Assembly: GCF_006345805.1 (NCBI RefSeq)
Contig: NC_043012.1
Span: forward strand, 2,976,001 to 3,040,000
Source: Octopus sinensis
Taxonomy: Eukaryota
DNA: 64,000 bases
Direction: 5' to 3'
The translations under genes were made by a program, and so were the position numbers. Numbering within the stretch: position 1 is the stretch's first letter; the number at the start of each line of letters is the position of its first letter. The notes under the pieces are model-generated. The model was given only the letters and a program-made list of their open reading frames with translations. It searched no databases and was not told the origin of the DNA. Positions 63,010 to 64,000 of the stretch are shown here, one piece after another.

Positions 63010-64000
63010 GGTGTGAGAGGAGAAGTCATAGTTAGTTTCGATGTGATACAAATAGAGAGTGAGGTGGAGAAAATAAAATAGATGTAAGATATGTATGGTT
63101 ATTGAGTTCGTAAATCCGTTTTATAGGCATAATGGTATATATGTGTAATATTCCAATATCCTTTGAGTAAAATCCAAATATCCAACAGAGTTTAATATGA
63201 GTCCATCCAGATGTAGAGTTTATAAGCAATGTAAGATTCTCTTAAAGTTGGTCATTCCCAGTAGGGAATTTATATAGAGTGTAGCAGATTCAAGGTTTGT
63301 GTTTAAATTGTGTACATATATAGAGGAAAAGAAAACCTTCAAAGGGGTATGTTAAACATCCAAACTGGTACTTTGATCATTTTTATAGTTATTTATATAA
63401 TATTATATTATGTTATATATTATATTCATAGTATTTAATTTATCTTTATTATATATATATATATATATATATGCGGGTGGCACGTAAAAAGCACCCACTA
63501 CACTCTCGGAGTGGTTGGCGTTAGGAAGGGCATCCAGCCGTAGAAACACTGCCAGATTTGACTGGGCCTGATGAAGCCTTCTGGCTTCACAGACCCCAGT
63601 AGAACCGTCCAACCCATGCTAGCATGGAAAACGAACGCTAAACGATGATGATGATGTGTGTGTGAAGGTGCATGGCTCAGTGGTTAGAGCATCAAGCTTA
63701 CGATCGTGAGGTTGTGAGTTTGTATCCCGGACCGGGCTGCATGTTGTGTTCTTGAGCAAGACATTTTATTTCATGTTGATCCAGTTCACTCAGCTGTAGA
63801 AATGAGTTGCGACGTCACAGGTGCCAAGCTGTTGCCTTTCCCTTGGATAACACTGGTGATATGGAGAGGGGAGGCCAGTATGCATGGGCGACTGCTGGTC
63901 TTCCATAACCAACCTTGCCCGGATTTGTGCCTGGGAGGGTAACTTTCTAGGTGCAATCCCACAGTCATTCATAACTGAAGGGAGTCTCAATATATATATA

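Overview
AT-rich animal genomic DNA with no intact multi-codon host gene visible. The repeat content (three tRNA-headed SINE families, RTE LINEs with (GAT)n tails, long TA/CA/GA microsatellites) matches what I recall from octopus/coleoid cephalopod genomes; this is inference, as no database search was run. The window most plausibly lies inside very long intron(s) of a plus-strand gene. The only host-gene signals are splice-site-bounded micro-segments: a 3' splice site fused directly to a GTAAGT donor at 14036/14037 (recursive-splice-site architecture), a 33-nt candidate microexon at 55706-55738, and a weak 13-nt candidate at 33236-33248. Almost all long ORFs in the track are microsatellite artefacts or retroelement fragments (RTE with a PHD-type finger, other RTE 3' ends, Penelope-like RT with YRDD, R4/Dong-like and HERO-like C-termini). 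DNA-type elements include hAT, piggyBac-like, Helentron-associated (HINE-like) and an unclassified 52-bp-TIR MITE. The most notable observations are: (1) a near-intact minimal hammerhead ribozyme with a palindromic dimer-type stem III at 62958-63009 (minus), plus four or five decayed relatives; (2) the candidate recursive splice site with a stop-rich RS-exon; (3) several long fold-back structures that would be dsRNA in pre-mRNA; (4) variable-number 62-bp hairpin arrays in the RTE 3' UTR; (5) a bipartite RTE 5'UTR+3'tail element. I see no evidence of a wholly new protein-coding system. TE boundaries are approximate (about +/-10-20 bp) unless a TSD or TIR is quoted.
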